In this document: positions 38,112-48,121 of the stretch, in pieces | Layout of the letters: each line of letters opens with the position of its first letter | Numbering within the stretch: the stretch's first letter is position 1 | Assembly (NCBI GenBank): GCA_964291625.2 | Contig: OZ220089.1 | Location: 288,001 to 352,000, forward strand | Direction of reading: 5' to 3' | DNA from: Candidatus Latescibacterota bacterium | GTDB lineage: Bacteria > Latescibacterota > UBA2968 > UBA8231 | DNA: 64,000 nt | The notes under the pieces: model-generated | The model's input: only the letters and a program-made list of their open reading frames with translations | The model's database searches: none | Told to the model about the DNA's origin: nothing | Program-made: the position numbers and the translations under genes

Positions 38112-39263
38112 ATGGCTGTGACTGTTCCAGGCCCCACCGGTTCCTCGGCGCCGGCCGCCGGACCCCTTCGCCGGATCCCGCGGCGCGGCGCCGGACTGGG
38201 CACGGCCCTCTCCCGCCGCCGGCTGGAGGAACTGCTGATCCGCCTCCGCGGCCTCCGGATCGCCGTGGTGGGCGACTTCTTCCTCGACGCCTATTACGAC
38301 TGCGACCCCGGCCTCCGGGAGGCCTCCCTGGAGACGGGCAACACCTGCTACCAGGTCGTGCGCACCCGCCGCCAGCCGGGAGCCGCCGGCGCCGTCGCCG
38401 CCAACCTCGCCGCCCTCGGCGCCGGCAGCGTCCACGCCATCGGGTTCTGCGGAGAGGACGGCGAAGGCTGGGAGCTGCGGCGCGCCCTGGACGGCCTCGG
38501 CCTCGACATGGCCGGCTTCCTCACCGCCGCGGAACGGCGCACGCCGACGTACGGCAAGATCTGCCACGTGGGAAGGGACGGCGGCCGGCTGGTTCTCCGC
38601 CGGGAGCTGGAACGCCTGGACATCCGCAACCGGCGGCGGACGCCGCCCTGGGTACAGGAACGGCTGGCAGGATACCTGCGCGGCTCCGGGGAATGGGACG
38701 CCGTCGTCGTCGTCGACCAGGTTCCGGACGCCGGCTGCGGCGTGGTCACGGCGGGCCTGCGATCCTGCCTGGAGGACCTGGCCGCGGCGCGCCGGGAACG
38801 GGTGATCCTCGTCGACTCGCGGCAGCGCCTGCGCCGTTTCACCCGGCTGCCGGTCAAGCCGAACCGCCGCGAGGCGGCCGCCGCCCTCGGACAGCCGCCG
38901 GCCCGCTCGGTCCGCGCCGCGGCGATGCAGGCCCGGCAACTGGCGGCGGGAAGGCGGCCGGTCTTTCTCACCCTGGGCGAGAGGGGCATGGTGGCGGCCG
39001 ACCCCGGGGGCCCGGTGCACCACGTGGCCGGATTCCCGCCCCCGTCGGGAGTGCCCGTCGACCCGGTGGGCGCCGGGGACAGCGTCACCGCGGCCCTGGC
39101 CTGCTGCCTGGCCGCTGGCGCCTCTCCCGTGGAGGCGGCGCTGGCGGCCAACCTGGCGGGCTCGGTCACGGTGCAGCAGATCGGCACCACCGGCACGGCG
39201 TCCCCGGCGCAGATCCGCCGCCGGTGGCGGGAGGTCGACGGGGGCGAAGGCCACGGCCGCTGA
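38112..39263 (+). CDS. PfkB-family carbohydrate kinase (HldE/RfaE kinase-domain-like)
   Basis: IAVVGDFFLDAY, PGAAGAVAANLAALG, VDSR, KPNRREA, TLGERG, VDPVGAGDSVTA. Start uncertain. Confidence 0.85.
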   Translation: MAVTVPGPTGSSAPAAGPLRRIPRRGAGLGTALSRRRLEELLIRLRGLRIAVVGDFFLDAYYDCDPGLREASLETGNTCYQVVRTRRQPGAAGAVAANLAALGAGSVHAIGFCGEDGEGWELRRALDGLGLDMAGFLTAAERRTPTYGKICHVGRDGGRLVLRRELERLDIRNRRRTPPWVQERLAGYLRGSGEWDAVVVVDQVPDAGCGVVTAGLRSCLEDLAAARRERVILVDSRQRLRRFTRLPVKPNRREAAAALGQPPARSVRAAAMQARQLAAGRRPVFLTLGERGMVAADPGGPVHHVAGFPPPSGVPVDPVGAGDSVTAALACCLAAGASPVEAALAANLAGSVTVQQIGTTGTASPAQIRRRWREVDGGEGHGR

Positions 39264-39422
39264 GCCCCGCCCGGGGCAGCGGCAAGGGAGCAGCGGCCCG
39301 GGTGGACGCCTGCCGGAGCCCCTGCAAAGGAGTGCTTGCCGCCCTTGCCCGGGGTCACCTTCGTCCTGACGTTAGCACCCGGAATCACCCTGTCGGCCGG
39401 TTGTCCCGGTGAGGAGCGTCCC

Positions 39423-40841
39423 TTGACCGATCGAATCACTCCATCGCAGGCGGGTCGACGGCGTCCGGGCAGACGGCCTCTCGGGGCCTCCCTCCGGCAT
39501 TCCTTCGCCGCCCTGCTGCCGCCGGTGTTCCTGGTGGCCTGCGGACCCGACATCGAGGGGATCATCGACGATCTCGGCGATCCTTCCCGCCACGACGACG
39601 CCCGCCAGGAGCTGCTGCTGGCCAAGGCGTTCGCCGTGGATGCCCTGCTCGACGCCCTCGAGGACCCCGAGAGATCCGCCGTCCGCTTGGAGGTGGTCGA
39701 TGTGCTGGCCAGCCTCAACCTGCGCGTCGACGACCCCCGCATCGACGAGGCCCTCCAGGAGCACCTCGTCAACGACCCCGACCCGGAGGTGCGGGCCCAC
39801 ATCGCGAGGTCCGCCAGCGTGTACCCGAGGGAGGCCTTTCTCGATCCCCTCATCGACAGCGGGTTGAGCGACCCCGACGGGGATGTCGTGCTCCAGTCCC
39901 TGATCGCTCTCGAGACGCTCGAAGGCCGAGGCCGCATGACCCCCGAGCAGGTGGAACGGCGGTTCAGGAGGGCCCTGGAGCTCAGGGGTCATCCCCACGA
40001 AGAAGTGGTCCGGGAGGCCCACATCCTTCTGGAGAACCGCGCCGCCGGCCTCGTCGACGAGGGGCGGGCCCTGGAGATCCAGGCCCGGACCGCGGAGGCG
40101 GAGTCCCTCTACACGCGGGCCCTCGAGATGGTGCCCGGCGGCCGTTACGCCACCTACCGACTGGCCCGCATGCACTTCGACGCCGGGCGCCGCCACCGGG
40201 GCCTGGGCATTCTGCGGGACAACGGCATGCTCCTCGACGTGCCCCGCGTCTCCGGGACGATCGTCGCCGACGGCCGGCTCGACGAGCCCCTGTGGTCGGC
40301 GGCGGCCTCGGCCGACCGCTTCTACGTCTTCGTATTCGCTCACCGGGCGGCCTTCCCCTCGCCGGTGGCCTCGGAGATACGGCTCGCCCGGAGCGACGAC
40401 GCCCTCTACCTGGGGTTCATCGGATACGACGAGAGCCCCGACAGCCTGGTGGTGAAGACCCACGAGGAAGACGGGCAGATCTGGTGGGAGGACACCCTCG
40501 AGATCTTCCTCGACGCCAGCCTCGACCACCGCAGCTACGTTCACCTGGGCATCAACAGCATCGGGGTGCGCGGCGACGCCGCGCACGCGGACGGCTTCCG
40601 GAGCAAGGACATGGCCTGGGACGCCGACTCCGAGATCGGCGCCCTCGTCTCGGACGACGCCTGGTCGTTGGAGGTCGTCCTGCGCTTCGGCGAGCCCTGG
40701 CTGCCGCGCCCGAAGCCCGGAGACGTGTGGGGGGCCAACTTCGTGCGCACCCACCGCGGCTCCGAGTACAGCCAGTGGGTCCGCACCTTCGGACAGACGG
40801 GCCACACGCCCGACGAGTTCGGGTTCCTGCTCTTCCGGTAG
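39423..40841 (+). CDS. Lipoprotein with HEAT-like repeats, a TPR and a C-terminal CBM9-like domain
   Basis: TTG after GAGGAG; lipobox VFLVAC. HEAT-like DPDPEVRAHIA and DPDGDVVL. CBM9-like ADGRLDEPLW, DDALYLGF, EDTLEIFLD, GDVWGANFVR. Confidence 0.78.
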   Translation: MTDRITPSQAGRRRPGRRPLGASLRHSFAALLPPVFLVACGPDIEGIIDDLGDPSRHDDARQELLLAKAFAVDALLDALEDPERSAVRLEVVDVLASLNLRVDDPRIDEALQEHLVNDPDPEVRAHIARSASVYPREAFLDPLIDSGLSDPDGDVVLQSLIALETLEGRGRMTPEQVERRFRRALELRGHPHEEVVREAHILLENRAAGLVDEGRALEIQARTAEAESLYTRALEMVPGGRYATYRLARMHFDAGRRHRGLGILRDNGMLLDVPRVSGTIVADGRLDEPLWSAAASADRFYVFVFAHRAAFPSPVASEIRLARSDDALYLGFIGYDESPDSLVVKTHEEDGQIWWEDTLEIFLDASLDHRSYVHLGINSIGVRGDAAHADGFRSKDMAWDADSEIGALVSDDAWSLEVVLRFGEPWLPRPKPGDVWGANFVRTHRGSEYSQWVRTFGQTGHTPDEFGFLLFR

Positions 40842-40865
40842 TCCCCGCGTCGCCGCCGGCGCGCC

Positions 40866-41771
40866 CTACAACCGCACCCGCCCCAGGCCCATGGACTCGG
40901 CGGCTTCCACCACCCGGCGGCGCTCCTCGTCGGTCAGGGGCCGTCCCGGCGGCCTCGGGTCGCCGCACTCGACGCCCAGTCGGTGGGACATGACCGCCTT
41001 GATCGAAGCGAGGTAGCGGTCCCCGCCCAGGGCGAAGACGGCGTGCACCAGCTCGCGGGCGCGGCGCTGTGCGGCCTCGGCCCTCGGGAGGTCGCCCTTG
41101 CGGCAGGCGTCCCGGACCGCCAGCCAGACCGGGGGCGCGATCAGCGGCGGGCCGTCGACGCAGCCCACGGCGCCGATCGACATGGCCGGCAACATGGACA
41201 TGCTGTTGCCGATGAAGCAGCGCAGGCCCATCTCCGCGAAGTCGTGCACCACCGGCTGGTTCCCCGAGGAGTGCTTGAGGCCGGCGAGCTGCGGCACCTC
41301 GTCCCGGATCCTGCGCGCCAGGTCGACGGTGATCTCCACTCCCGTCATGCCCGGCAGGTTGTAGAGGAAGAGGGGCAGCCCCGCGGCGGCGCCCACGGCC
41401 CGGTAGTGCTCGACGATCTCGTCCTCGGAGCGGGAGTAGAACAAGGGAGGCACGCAACAGATGGCGTCGGCGCCGGCCCGGGCGGCGTGCTCGGCGAGGC
41501 GGACGGAGCGGCGGGTGGTGGGCGTGCCCACGTGCATGATGCTCGCCGCGCGCCCGGAGGTGCAGGCCGCGGCGAGGGTGGCGACGCGCATGTTCTCCTC
41601 GTCGTCGAGGAGCACGCTCTCGCCGGTTCCGCCAGCCAGCCAGAATCCCTGCACGCCCGCCTGCAGGTTGAACTCCAGCACCTTCTCCAGGGCTCTCTCG
41701 TCGAGCCGGCCTTCCCCGTCCATCGGCGTGATCGCCGCCGGAAAGAGCCCTTCGAATCGGTCCAGATCCAT
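40866..41771 (-). CDS. DapA/NanA-family class I aldolase
   Basis: PAAITP, GGTGE, VPPLFY, LYNLP (catalytic Tyr), LKHSS (Schiff-base Lys), PRPPG. Substrate cannot be assigned. Confidence 0.9.
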   Translation of the reverse strand: MDLDRFEGLFPAAITPMDGEGRLDERALEKVLEFNLQAGVQGFWLAGGTGESVLLDDEENMRVATLAAACTSGRAASIMHVGTPTTRRSVRLAEHAARAGADAICCVPPLFYSRSEDEIVEHYRAVGAAAGLPLFLYNLPGMTGVEITVDLARRIRDEVPQLAGLKHSSGNQPVVHDFAEMGLRCFIGNSMSMLPAMSIGAVGCVDGPPLIAPPVWLAVRDACRKGDLPRAEAAQRRARELVHAVFALGGDRYLASIKAVMSHRLGVECGDPRPPGRPLTDEERRRVVEAAESMGLGRVRL

Positions 41772-41914
41772 CCCTGATCTCCTTCGCGGTGCCTGCCCTT
41801 GTCGCCGAAGCGGCGCAATCTCGATCTTGCCCCCGTCCGGGGCAAGGACCGGCGCCGCCGGGCGGCCGGAGGCCCTGCCCGCCATCACCCGATCCAGGGA
41901 TCGCCAGCGGCCCC

Positions 41915-42856
41915 ATGGAGCTGCACCGCCCCTCCGGAAGCGCCCTCCTCGGCCTGGCCCTCGGCCTGTTCACCGCCTGGATGTGGGGCACCCTCCCGGT
42001 GGCGCTGAAGATCCTGCTGCACCACGTCGACGTGGTGACCCTGACCTGGTTCCGCTTCCTCACGGCGGGCCTCCTGCTGCTGCCCCTGGCCCTGCCGAGG
42101 GTGCTCGGAGGCGCCGCCGGTCTGCGCGGCCTCCCCCTCGCCCTGCTGATCCTGACGGTGGCCGGACTCACCGGCAACCACCTCGCCTTCCAGAAGGGGC
42201 TGGAGTCGATCTCGCCCGCTACCGCCCAGATCGTCATCCAGCTGGCGCCGGTCTTCATGCTCCTTGGCGGCATGCTGTGCTTCGGCGAGCGCTTCCGGCG
42301 GCTGCAGTGGCTCGGCGTGGCCGTCCTCCTCGCCGGTCTCGGCCTGTTCTTCAGCCCCCGCTTCGACGCCCTCCTGGCCGACGCGGACGGCCAGGGCACG
42401 GGGGTGCTGCTCATCGCCGCCGCGGCCCTGCTGTGGGGGTTCTACATGATGGGGCAGAAGCAGTTGCTCCTGTTCATGCGCTCCGACGCCGTGCTCCTGC
42501 TGGTCTACCTGGCCGGCGCGCTCCTGCTGACCCCCGCCGCCGTCCCTTCGGCGGTGCTGGCCCTCGAAGGACCGATGCTCGTCCTGCTGCTTGGCACCGG
42601 GGTGATGGCGGTCCTCTCCTACCTCGGCTTCGCCGCCGCCCTGGCCCGCGTCGAGGCCTCCCGGATCGGCATGCTCATCGCCCTCACGCCGCTCTTCGTC
42701 CTGGCCAACGTGCACCTCGTCTCCAGGGCGAGACCCGACCTGCTGGAGCCGGAGAGCGTCGGAGCGGTGAGCCTCTGCGGAGCCGCGGTGGTCGTCCTCG
42801 GGTCGATGCTGAGCGTCCTCGGAAACGCCCAGGACGAGCGCCCGGCGGCGGCCTGA
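41915..42856 (+). CDS. EamA/DMT-family transporter
   Basis: MWGTLPVALK, TWFRF, AQIVIQLAP, GERF; about 10 transmembrane helices in two repeats. Confidence 0.9.
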   Translation: MELHRPSGSALLGLALGLFTAWMWGTLPVALKILLHHVDVVTLTWFRFLTAGLLLLPLALPRVLGGAAGLRGLPLALLILTVAGLTGNHLAFQKGLESISPATAQIVIQLAPVFMLLGGMLCFGERFRRLQWLGVAVLLAGLGLFFSPRFDALLADADGQGTGVLLIAAAALLWGFYMMGQKQLLLFMRSDAVLLLVYLAGALLLTPAAVPSAVLALEGPMLVLLLGTGVMAVLSYLGFAAALARVEASRIGMLIALTPLFVLANVHLVSRARPDLLEPESVGAVSLCGAAVVVLGSMLSVLGNAQDERPAAA

Positions 42857-42926
42857 GCGAGCCCCGGGCCCGTTGTGAGCCACCCGGCGAAGCCGTACGG
42901 TTAACGATCGGAGCGAGGAACCCGCC

Positions 42927-44030
42927 TTGAACGAAGACAGACCCGTACGCGTCGCCGTCGTGGGCGGCGCCGGCACCTGGGGCCGCTTCTACCTGCGCGC
43001 CTACGCCGCCCATCCCGGCTGCGAGGTGATCGCCCTCGTCGACCGCGCCAGGGACCGCCGCCAGGCCTTCGCCGACCGCTACGGCGTACCGGCCACCTTC
43101 GACGACCTGGAGGAACTGCTGCGCCGCGAGGTGCCGGAGGTGGTTTCCGCCATCCTGCCCGTGGCCCAGTCCCACCCCGCGGTGCTGGCCTGCGCCGAGG
43201 CCGGGGTGAGGGTGGTGTCGATCGAGAAACCGATCGCCGCGCAGCTCTCCAAGGCGGACGAGATGATCCGCGTCTGCCGCGAGCGCGGCACGGCCCTTGG
43301 CTGCGGCACCAGCCACTGGCAGCTGCCGTACCAGGGAGAGGTGGCCGACTGGGTGCGCCGGGGCCGCATCGGCGCCCTCACGGGCGCGGCGATTCCCGGC
43401 GGCCTGCCCACGGAGGTCTCCGGGGGCGGCTGCGCCAACCTGATCGTCCTGGGGCACGTGACGGGGAGGAAGGTGGAGTGGGCCGAGGGCTGGACCCTGC
43501 CGCCGGTGGGCTCCTACGCCTCCCCCGAGGCGGAGGCCCCCCACGAGGTCGACTGCCCGGCCTACGGCAGGCTGGGGCTGTCGGGGGGCATCGTCTGCGA
43601 GATCGCCGAGCCCGAACCGGACCGGCCCGTGGCCTGCACGGTCTCGGTCACCGGCGAGGAGGGGCGCGCCTTCCTCGCCTCGCCGCGGCCCGTGCTCCTC
43701 CAGGGCACCGGCGCCAGGGAGTCTCCGGTCTTCCCGGACTTCCTCGACGGCGGTCCCCGGAAAGACGCCTTCACCCTCGTCATCGAGCGCCTGCTGAGGG
43801 CCGCCAGGGAGGGCGGCGAGGTCGCCTGCAGCGGCCGGGACTATCTCCACGTGCTGGAGGTCGCCCTGGCCATGACCCTGTCGGCGGCCCGGGATCACGA
43901 GCGCGTCCACCTGCCCCTGGAGGACCGTTCCCTGCGCCTCTTTCCCCATCCCTACCGCATGTACGGCGGCGACGTGGCCGGCTGGAGGAGCATCGGCTAC
44001 CAGGGGCCGCCCGGTCTTCCGGAAGCCTAG
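42927..44030 (+). CDS. Gfo/Idh/MocA-family oxidoreductase
   Basis: VRVAVVGGAGTWG Rossmann motif and IEKPIA. Confidence 0.9.
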   Translation: MNEDRPVRVAVVGGAGTWGRFYLRAYAAHPGCEVIALVDRARDRRQAFADRYGVPATFDDLEELLRREVPEVVSAILPVAQSHPAVLACAEAGVRVVSIEKPIAAQLSKADEMIRVCRERGTALGCGTSHWQLPYQGEVADWVRRGRIGALTGAAIPGGLPTEVSGGGCANLIVLGHVTGRKVEWAEGWTLPPVGSYASPEAEAPHEVDCPAYGRLGLSGGIVCEIAEPEPDRPVACTVSVTGEEGRAFLASPRPVLLQGTGARESPVFPDFLDGGPRKDAFTLVIERLLRAAREGGEVACSGRDYLHVLEVALAMTLSAARDHERVHLPLEDRSLRLFPHPYRMYGGDVAGWRSIGYQGPPGLPEA

Positions 44031-44042
44031 GGCGAGCCCCCG

Positions 44043-44849
44043 ATGAGCGAGCTGAGTTCCCTCCTGCAGGACTCGGCCCGGCACCTCGCCCAGACCGGGC
44101 CCCGCCTGGCGGGGGCCCTGGCCCTGGCGGTCCTCGGCCTGCTGCTGGCCTTCCTGGTCCGCCTCCTGGCCCGCCGCCTGATCGCCGGGCTGGTCCGCCT
44201 CGTCCCTTCCCTGGGGCCGCGCCCCGGAAGCGGGGCCGACTACCGGGAGCGCGCCGGCCTGGCGGCCGGCCGGATCCTGTTCTGGACGGTCCTGCTCCTC
44301 TTCCTCACCGCCGCCACCGAGACCCTGGGGCTGCCGGTGCTCTCGGTCTGGCTCGGCGGCCTGGTCACGTACCTGCCGCGGTTTCTCGCCGCCGTGCTGA
44401 TCCTCTTCGCCGGTCTCCTGGGGAGCCACTTCCTGCGGGACCTCATCCTCTCCGGGGCCGCCTCCGGGGGGATCGCCTACGGGCCCGCCCTCGCCCGTCT
44501 CGGCCAGATGTCGGTGCTGGTCGTGAGCGTCCTCGTCGCCGTCGACCAGGCGGGCCTGAACGTCTCCTTCCTCACCAGCATCCTCCTCCTGGTGCTCGGG
44601 AGCGGCCTCCTGGGGGCGGTCCTGACCTTCGCCCTCGGGGCCCGCACGGCGGTGGCCAGCATCCTGGCCTGCCACTACCTGCAGAAGACCTACAAGGTGG
44701 GCCACCGCGTGCGCGTCGCCGGGTTCCAGGGCGAGATCGTCGAGATCACGACGACCTCGGTGGTGCTGGAGACGGAGGAGGGCACGGTATCGGTGCCGGC
44801 TTCGGTCTTTGCCGAGGAGGCCTCGGTCCGGCTCGTCGAGAGGGGCTGA
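44043..44849 (+). CDS. Small-conductance mechanosensitive channel (MscS/CmpX-like, short form)
   Basis: Transmembrane helices, YLPRFLAAVLIL, FALGAR, YKVGHRVRVAGFQGEIVEI...VPAS. Confidence 0.85.
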   Translation: MSELSSLLQDSARHLAQTGPRLAGALALAVLGLLLAFLVRLLARRLIAGLVRLVPSLGPRPGSGADYRERAGLAAGRILFWTVLLLFLTAATETLGLPVLSVWLGGLVTYLPRFLAAVLILFAGLLGSHFLRDLILSGAASGGIAYGPALARLGQMSVLVVSVLVAVDQAGLNVSFLTSILLLVLGSGLLGAVLTFALGARTAVASILACHYLQKTYKVGHRVRVAGFQGEIVEITTTSVVLETEEGTVSVPASVFAEEASVRLVERG

Positions 44850-44853
44850 GGCG

Positions 44854-45690
44854 GTGGAGCGAGCCCCGGCCCTGATCGACCGCTTCATCCGCGGCCACCC
44901 CCCCGAGGCCGCCCGCGTCCTGGAGAACCTCCCCCTCGACGAACAGGCCTCCTTCTGCGGCCGCATCCCCCCCGACCTGGCGGCGGCCCTCTTCGAAACC
45001 ATGGAGGCCGGCGCCGCCGCCGGCTGCCTGCAGCGCATGCAGGCGCGCCGCGCCGCCGAGGCCCTGTCGCGGGTCCCCCTGGAGAGGGCCGCCCTGCTCT
45101 TGCGGCGCTTCCGCCCGGAGGAGCGCCAGGGCGTGCTGGGGCTCCTCCCCCCCGATCCCGGCAGGCACCTCGCCCTCCTGCTCAGCTGCCGCCAGGACTC
45201 GGCCGGGGCCCTGATGGACCCGCGGGTGCTCACCCTGCCGCCGGAGGTGACCGCCGCCGAGGCCCGGGGCCGCATGGACGCCCGGCCCGAGCAGGCCTCG
45301 GACTGCTTCTACGTGGTGGAGCGCGATCAGACCCTGGCCGGCGTCCTCGGCCTGAGAGAGCTGCTGTCGGCGCCGCCCGAGACCCCCGTCTCCGCCCTCA
45401 TGCGGCGGCAGCTGGAGTGCCTGCGGATGGACGACTCCCTGGCCTCGGTGCGGGTCCATCCCGGCTGGCTGGAGCTCCACGTCCTGCCCGTCCTCGACGG
45501 CCGCGGACGGTTCGCCGGGGCCCTGCGCCACCGGACCCTGCGGCGCCTCGGGGAGGCGGACCGGCCGCCCCCGCCCGACCCCGTGGGCGCCGCCCTGGGC
45601 GAGCTCTACCGCATCGGTCTGTCGGCCCTGGTGAAGGGCGCCGTGGGGGAGGAGGGCACGGCGCCGCCCTCGGGCGATCGGGATCGATGA
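44854..45690 (+). CDS. MgtE N-terminal plus CBS-pair protein lacking the membrane domain
   Basis: HPPEAARVLE, DSAGALMDP, FYVVERDQTLAGVLGLRELL, LPVLDGRGRFAG. No transmembrane region. Confidence 0.82.
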   Translation: MERAPALIDRFIRGHPPEAARVLENLPLDEQASFCGRIPPDLAAALFETMEAGAAAGCLQRMQARRAAEALSRVPLERAALLLRRFRPEERQGVLGLLPPDPGRHLALLLSCRQDSAGALMDPRVLTLPPEVTAAEARGRMDARPEQASDCFYVVERDQTLAGVLGLRELLSAPPETPVSALMRRQLECLRMDDSLASVRVHPGWLELHVLPVLDGRGRFAGALRHRTLRRLGEADRPPPPDPVGAALGELYRIGLSALVKGAVGEEGTAPPSGDRDR

Positions 45691-45700
45691 GAGGAGCGGG

Positions 45701-48121
45701 GTGAGCGGCCGCCGTCCCTTCCCCACGGTATGGCTCCTGGCCGGCCTGGGGGCCCTGTCCTTCTTCATCCAGTACTCGACGATGGAGAAGTTCGCCGTCT
45801 TCGCGCCGGGCTCCAGCCACATCCGTGCGGGCACCTTTCTCGAGGCCGTCGACCAGCAGATCACCTTCTCCGTCCTCGACGGCGTGCTCGCCGGTCTCTT
45901 CCTCCTGTCGGCAGCCGCGCTCCTCTACGGGGAGGCACGCCGGCGCGCCCTCACCGGCTTCCTGCAGGACTGCTTCGCCAGTCCACGCCGGACCTTCTGG
46001 CTGCTCATCGCTTCCCTCCTGGTCTGCGGCCGCTTCTACCTCGCTCGCGGCGAGCTGAGCTGGGGCGGCGACGCCTCACACCACATCGCCCACTCCTGGC
46101 TCGCCGCCCGGGCCATCGCCGACGGCCAGGTGCCGGTCTGGACGTTCTTCATCGGCACCGGCTCCCCCGTCTTCCAGACCTACGGCTTCGCCTTCTTCTA
46201 CGTCGCGGGGCTCGTGGACCGGGTCCTCGGGGATCTCTCCCTGACCTTGAAGCTGGTCATGTTCGCCGCCCACCTGCTCTCCGGTCTCGGCATGTACCAC
46301 CTGGCCGCCGGCCTCGGCCGCTCCCGCGCCGCCGGGTTCATCGCCGGGCTGGGATACGCCCTCTGCTTCTGGCACACCCAGCACGTGCTCCTCATGGGCC
46401 GCCTGCCCCTGTCCCTGCTCTACGCGGTCCTGCCCTGGGCCTTCTATTGGATCGAGGAGGTCGTCGATTCCCCGCGCAGGATGCGGGCGGCCCTGCTCGG
46501 CGGGGCGAGCCTGGCCCTGCTCGCCCTCACCCACCCCGGGTACGGCGCCTTCGCCATGGCCCTGGCTGGCTGCTACGCCCTGGTGCGCATGTGGTCCTGC
46601 CGCGGCCGTTCCGACCGTGGGGCGATCCTCGGCGGCGGCCTCCTGCTCTTCGGCCTCGGCATCGCCCTCGGGGCCTACATGAACGTGGGCCTCTACTTCG
46701 AGCGCGCCTACACGGGGATGCACGACTTCGCCATGGACCTGTCGAGCGTCTCCGACCCCACCTGGCAGCACCTGCTGGGCTGGTCGAACATGCGCTTCTG
46801 GCTGATCCCCCCGGACCCGTATCACTGGTACGGCGGTTACCTGGGGATCTCCCTGTGCGCCCTGGCCCTGGCCGGAGGGGTGGTCCTGCTGCGCCGGCGG
46901 GACAGCCGTTTCGCCGCCTGCTGGGTCTGCCTGGTCCTCAGCCTGGTGGTGGTCGCCGCCTACCGTCTGCCGCCGATCAGCTCGCTGCCCCTGGTCCACT
47001 CCTTCAACGCATCGCGCTACCTGCTCTTCCTCTCCTTCTTCCTGGCCCTGGCGGCGGGCCTCGGAGCCCACCTGCTCCTCGAGCGGGTTCCCGCGGCCAC
47101 CCGGCGCGGCCGATGGTGCACGGTCCTGCTCCTGGCGATCGGCGTCGATCTCTTCCCCGCCACCTTCCAGCAGCCCTACCTCGGCAGCGGCTACCTGCCC
47201 ACGGGATGGAACGCCGACACCTTCGCCGAGCCGGCCAAGGCCGCCGGTGCCTTCGAGGAGCGGGGAGAGCTGCCCGCCTACCGGGCCCACTGGATCGCCG
47301 AGGGCGTCTACCCCTACAAGCGGCGGGCGAGCATGCTCCGCGAGGGGGCGACGCCGATTGCGGAGTCCTTCCATCCCGGGGAGCTGCGCACCCTCGGCAC
47401 CTTCACCGCGCCCTTCACCGACTGGGCCATACAGGTCCTGCCGAAGATGGACTCGCTCCAGCCGCTGGGGGACCACCCGGGCGGCGAGGTCCTGATGGAC
47501 GGACTCCGCCTGCTCGACACGCGCTTTGTCCTGGCCACCTCCAACGCCCGCCGGACCGGATTCTCTTTCTCCATGGAACACACCCCCCTGGTCGTCTCCG
47601 CGCGCCTCGCCGGCTTCGACGAGGGAGCCGTGGACCACGCCGGCCTGGCCGCGCGCTTCGGCGGGGACCTGGACCAACGGGAGGCGCGGATGCTGTGGAT
47701 CATCCTGGGGACGGGGCTCCACCCGGGGAGCGGCTTCTCCTGCGAGCGCATCCTCGTCCGCGGCCTGGAGGGCGATCGCGATCTGGGGACGACGCCCACG
47801 GCGCGGGTCCTCGCCCACCGGGTCGACCACCAGGAGGTGGAGATGAGGGTGGCGGTCTCGGCCAGGTGCTTCGGGCGCCTGGCCTACGGGTACTGGCCCT
47901 GGCTCGAGGTCACGGTCGACGGAGTGCCGGTGCGGCCCATGGAGACGGCCGGACGCTTCCTGGCCGTCCCGCTGGAGGCCGGCGAGCACGTGATCGCCAT
48001 CCGGGCGCGCCTGTCCCCACTGAGGAAGGGGCTGCTGTCGCTGGCGGGGGTCTGCCTCGCGGGCGCCCTGGTCCTGGTCATCCGTGAACGCCGAAGCGGC
48101 AAAGGAGAGGTGAACCCATGA
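45701..48121 (+). CDS. Large polytopic membrane protein, YfhO/PTPS-related (GT-C-like)
   Basis: WGGDASHH, PVW..F.GTGSPVFQTYG, GLGMY.L, YLG; C-terminal YWPWLEVTVDG...AVPLEAGEHVI followed by a final TM helix, typical of YfhO-like tails. Confidence 0.75.
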   Translation: MSGRRPFPTVWLLAGLGALSFFIQYSTMEKFAVFAPGSSHIRAGTFLEAVDQQITFSVLDGVLAGLFLLSAAALLYGEARRRALTGFLQDCFASPRRTFWLLIASLLVCGRFYLARGELSWGGDASHHIAHSWLAARAIADGQVPVWTFFIGTGSPVFQTYGFAFFYVAGLVDRVLGDLSLTLKLVMFAAHLLSGLGMYHLAAGLGRSRAAGFIAGLGYALCFWHTQHVLLMGRLPLSLLYAVLPWAFYWIEEVVDSPRRMRAALLGGASLALLALTHPGYGAFAMALAGCYALVRMWSCRGRSDRGAILGGGLLLFGLGIALGAYMNVGLYFERAYTGMHDFAMDLSSVSDPTWQHLLGWSNMRFWLIPPDPYHWYGGYLGISLCALALAGGVVLLRRRDSRFAACWVCLVLSLVVVAAYRLPPISSLPLVHSFNASRYLLFLSFFLALAAGLGAHLLLERVPAATRRGRWCTVLLLAIGVDLFPATFQQPYLGSGYLPTGWNADTFAEPAKAAGAFEERGELPAYRAHWIAEGVYPYKRRASMLREGATPIAESFHPGELRTLGTFTAPFTDWAIQVLPKMDSLQPLGDHPGGEVLMDGLRLLDTRFVLATSNARRTGFSFSMEHTPLVVSARLAGFDEGAVDHAGLAARFGGDLDQREARMLWIILGTGLHPGSGFSCERILVRGLEGDRDLGTTPTARVLAHRVDHQEVEMRVAVSARCFGRLAYGYWPWLEVTVDGVPVRPMETAGRFLAVPLEAGEHVIAIRARLSPLRKGLLSLAGVCLAGALVLVIRERRSGKGEVNP

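Noticed and set aside
39264-39420. Imperfect long hairpin (GCGGCAAG/CTTGCCGC) as an ncRNA
   Set aside because: Short GC-rich stems with no recognisable RNA family features; compatible with chance or a simple terminator.
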